In this document: piece after piece, positions 62,721-64,000 of the stretch
How positions within the stretch are numbered: the first letter of the stretch is position 1
How the letters are laid out: each line of letters starts with the position of its first letter
Assembly (NCBI GenBank): GCA_020851325.1
Contig: JADZCY010000116.1
Span: 1,780 to 65,779 of the forward strand
DNA length: 64,000 bases
Direction: 5' to 3'
Origin: Acidobacteriota bacterium
GTDB lineage: Bacteria > Acidobacteriota > Vicinamibacteria > Vicinamibacterales > UBA2999
Notes under the pieces: model-generated
Seen by the model: only the letters and a program-made list of their open reading frames with translations
Database searches by the model: none
Told to the model about the DNA's origin: nothing
Translations under genes and position numbers: made by a program

Positions 62721-62743
62721 CCCCCTGGGGTTTGCCCAGGGGG
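62721..62743 (+). terminator. GC-rich hairpin CCCCCTGGG-GTTTG-CCCAGGGGG (possible terminator/attenuator, no U-tract)
   Basis: Perfect 9-bp stem, 25 nt after the mini-ORF stop and 13 nt before the HD-GYP ATG. Confidence 0.3.
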
Positions 62744-62755
62744 TCCGGTGCGCGA

Positions 62756-64000
62756 ATGAACCTACCTGTTCGGGGTCAGATATACGTCGCTGTCGTCGCG
62801 GCTTTGGGCCTCATTACGATCGGCATCTGCATAGCGACGCTGTACGATGCTCCGGTCAGCTCCGAGTGGCTTTTCCTTGCGGTCCTGACCCTCCTCACCG
62901 GCTCGTTTACCGTTGCAGTACCTGGTCTCCCCGCGCGCATCTCCGTTTCTGAGACGTTCGTCTTTACTTCCGTTCTGCTGTTCGGAACCTCCGCAGGAAC
63001 GCTTACTGTCGCACTGGACACTTTGGTCGCGACTCTGGCGGCGCGTCGCAAAGCCCCCCAAGCTCCGCAAAAAATCCTTTTCAATCTTGCGTCAGCAGCC
63101 CTCTCTATCTGGCTCGCGGGTTCATTCTTCTACGCTGCTTCAGGCCTAGAGCCGCTTTCCGAATCGTCCGCGCCATTGCCGGCGATACTCGGCCCCCTGG
63201 TGGGGATGACGGCGATCTACTTCGTCATGAATAGCGCCTTGGTCGCGATTGCCTTGTCGTTCGAAAAAGGGCATCCGCCATTCCAGATCTGGCGCCGCAA
63301 CTTCTTGTGGCTTTCGGTGAACTACTTTGGCGGTGCCTCAGTTGCAGCACTGCTCGTGGCCTATACGAAGACGGTCGACCTGACAGCCTTCAGCATCATC
63401 GTCCCGCTCGTGGTCATCTCGTATCTGACTTATAAGACGTCACTAGGGAGAGTCGAAGACGCGAATCGACATGTGGATGAGATGAAGCGTCTTCACCTGT
63501 CAACCATCGAGACGCTCGCGACGGCAATCGATGCGAAGGATCAGGTGACACATGGGCACATTCGACGAGTCCAGCAACATACGCTGGGGCTTGCAAGAGC
63601 TATCGGCGTTAGTGATCCCAATCAACTTAGCGCGATCGAAGCGGCCGCTCTGCTGCACGACCTTGGGAAGTTGGTGGTGCCCGAGCATATTTTGAACAAA
63701 CCGGGAAAGCTGACTATCGGAGAGTTCGAGCGAATGAAACTCCACGCGGGAGTTGGGGCTGATATTCTCTCGTCCATCAAGTTTCCTTATCCCGTTGTTC
63801 CAATCGTCAGGCACCACCATGAGAACTGGGACGGCACGGGCTATCCGGACGGACTCAAGGGAACGAGAATTCCTTTGGGGGCCAGGATTCTGTCGGTGGT
63901 GGATTGCTTTGATGCACTGACCTCAGACAGACCATACCGACCGCGGCTGTCCGACGACGAAGCCATCGCCATACTAATGGCTCGACGCGGCATCATGTAC
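62756..64000 (+). CDS. membrane-anchored HD-GYP domain protein (c-di-GMP phosphodiesterase type), 3' end outside the window
   Basis: Open frame from ATG 62756 to the window edge, absent from the track because it has no stop. About 6 N-terminal TM helices, then HGHIRRVQ...AALLHDLGK...HHHENWDGTGYPDGL (HD and GYP motifs). Confidence 0.9.
   Translation, partial: MNLPVRGQIYVAVVAALGLITIGICIATLYDAPVSSEWLFLAVLTLLTGSFTVAVPGLPARISVSETFVFTSVLLFGTSAGTLTVALDTLVATLAARRKAPQAPQKILFNLASAALSIWLAGSFFYAASGLEPLSESSAPLPAILGPLVGMTAIYFVMNSALVAIALSFEKGHPPFQIWRRNFLWLSVNYFGGASVAALLVAYTKTVDLTAFSIIVPLVVISYLTYKTSLGRVEDANRHVDEMKRLHLSTIETLATAIDAKDQVTHGHIRRVQQHTLGLARAIGVSDPNQLSAIEAAALLHDLGKLVVPEHILNKPGKLTIGEFERMKLHAGVGADILSSIKFPYPVVPIVRHHHENWDGTGYPDGLKGTRIPLGARILSVVDCFDALTSDRPYRPRLSDDEAIAILMARRGIMY

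Overview
High-GC window (roughly two-thirds G+C by eye) from a diderm bacterium: lpxC, PBP1A and O-antigen-type export genes are present. Gene content resembles a soil Acidobacteria- or Gemmatimonadetes-like genome, but the taxon cannot be fixed by eye.

LEFT (1-31.2 kb): one large cell-surface glycan locus of about 26 co-directional genes, many with stop/start overlaps. It holds:
- five glycosyltransferases and a Wzy/WaaL-like membrane protein;
- a PglC-size priming transferase, a DegT aminotransferase, a PglF/CapD dehydratase and a NodB deacetylase;
- a CapK-like adenylating enzyme and two methyltransferases;
- an ACP/FkbH/VOC/GNAT-like acyl module;
- a Wzm/Wzt ABC exporter and a CDP-hexose cassette;
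- three paralogous secreted right-handed beta-helix proteins, one a 1145-aa multidomain protein on the opposite strand.

MIDDLE (31.5-43 kb): a tetrahaem cytochrome c, an ATP-grasp + Zn-peptidase pair, two PQQ dehydrogenases (one with an N-terminal cytochrome c), a GT-C-like membrane protein, CHRD, DoxX and an M19 dipeptidase.

RIGHT (43-60.4 kb): housekeeping genes. These are lpxC, uvrA, an APC permease, an NHL propeller, an HNH nuclease, NlpC/P60, PBP1A, MtgA, an M48-LysM protease, and a DHDPS-family gene with a peptide-type ABC importer.

FAR RIGHT (60.4-64 kb): a small HTH gene, an S8 peptidase ending in 11 perfect DTIIWA repeats, a 9-codon ORF echoing that motif, and a visibly lower-GC HD-GYP gene that runs off the window.

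Intergenic DNA carries several short-repeat families: a 23-bp inverted-repeat REP/MITE-like element at two loci, a 13-bp x10 tandem array, CACGAAG motif clusters and other dispersed 15-22-mers. I saw no rRNA, tRNA, CRISPR, transposase or integrase. Most other track ORFs are antisense or out-of-frame artefacts of the high GC content. I consider the most novel candidates to be the ACP/FkbH acyl-decoration module, the beta-helix paralog trio, and the S8-DTIIWA/mini-ORF locus.
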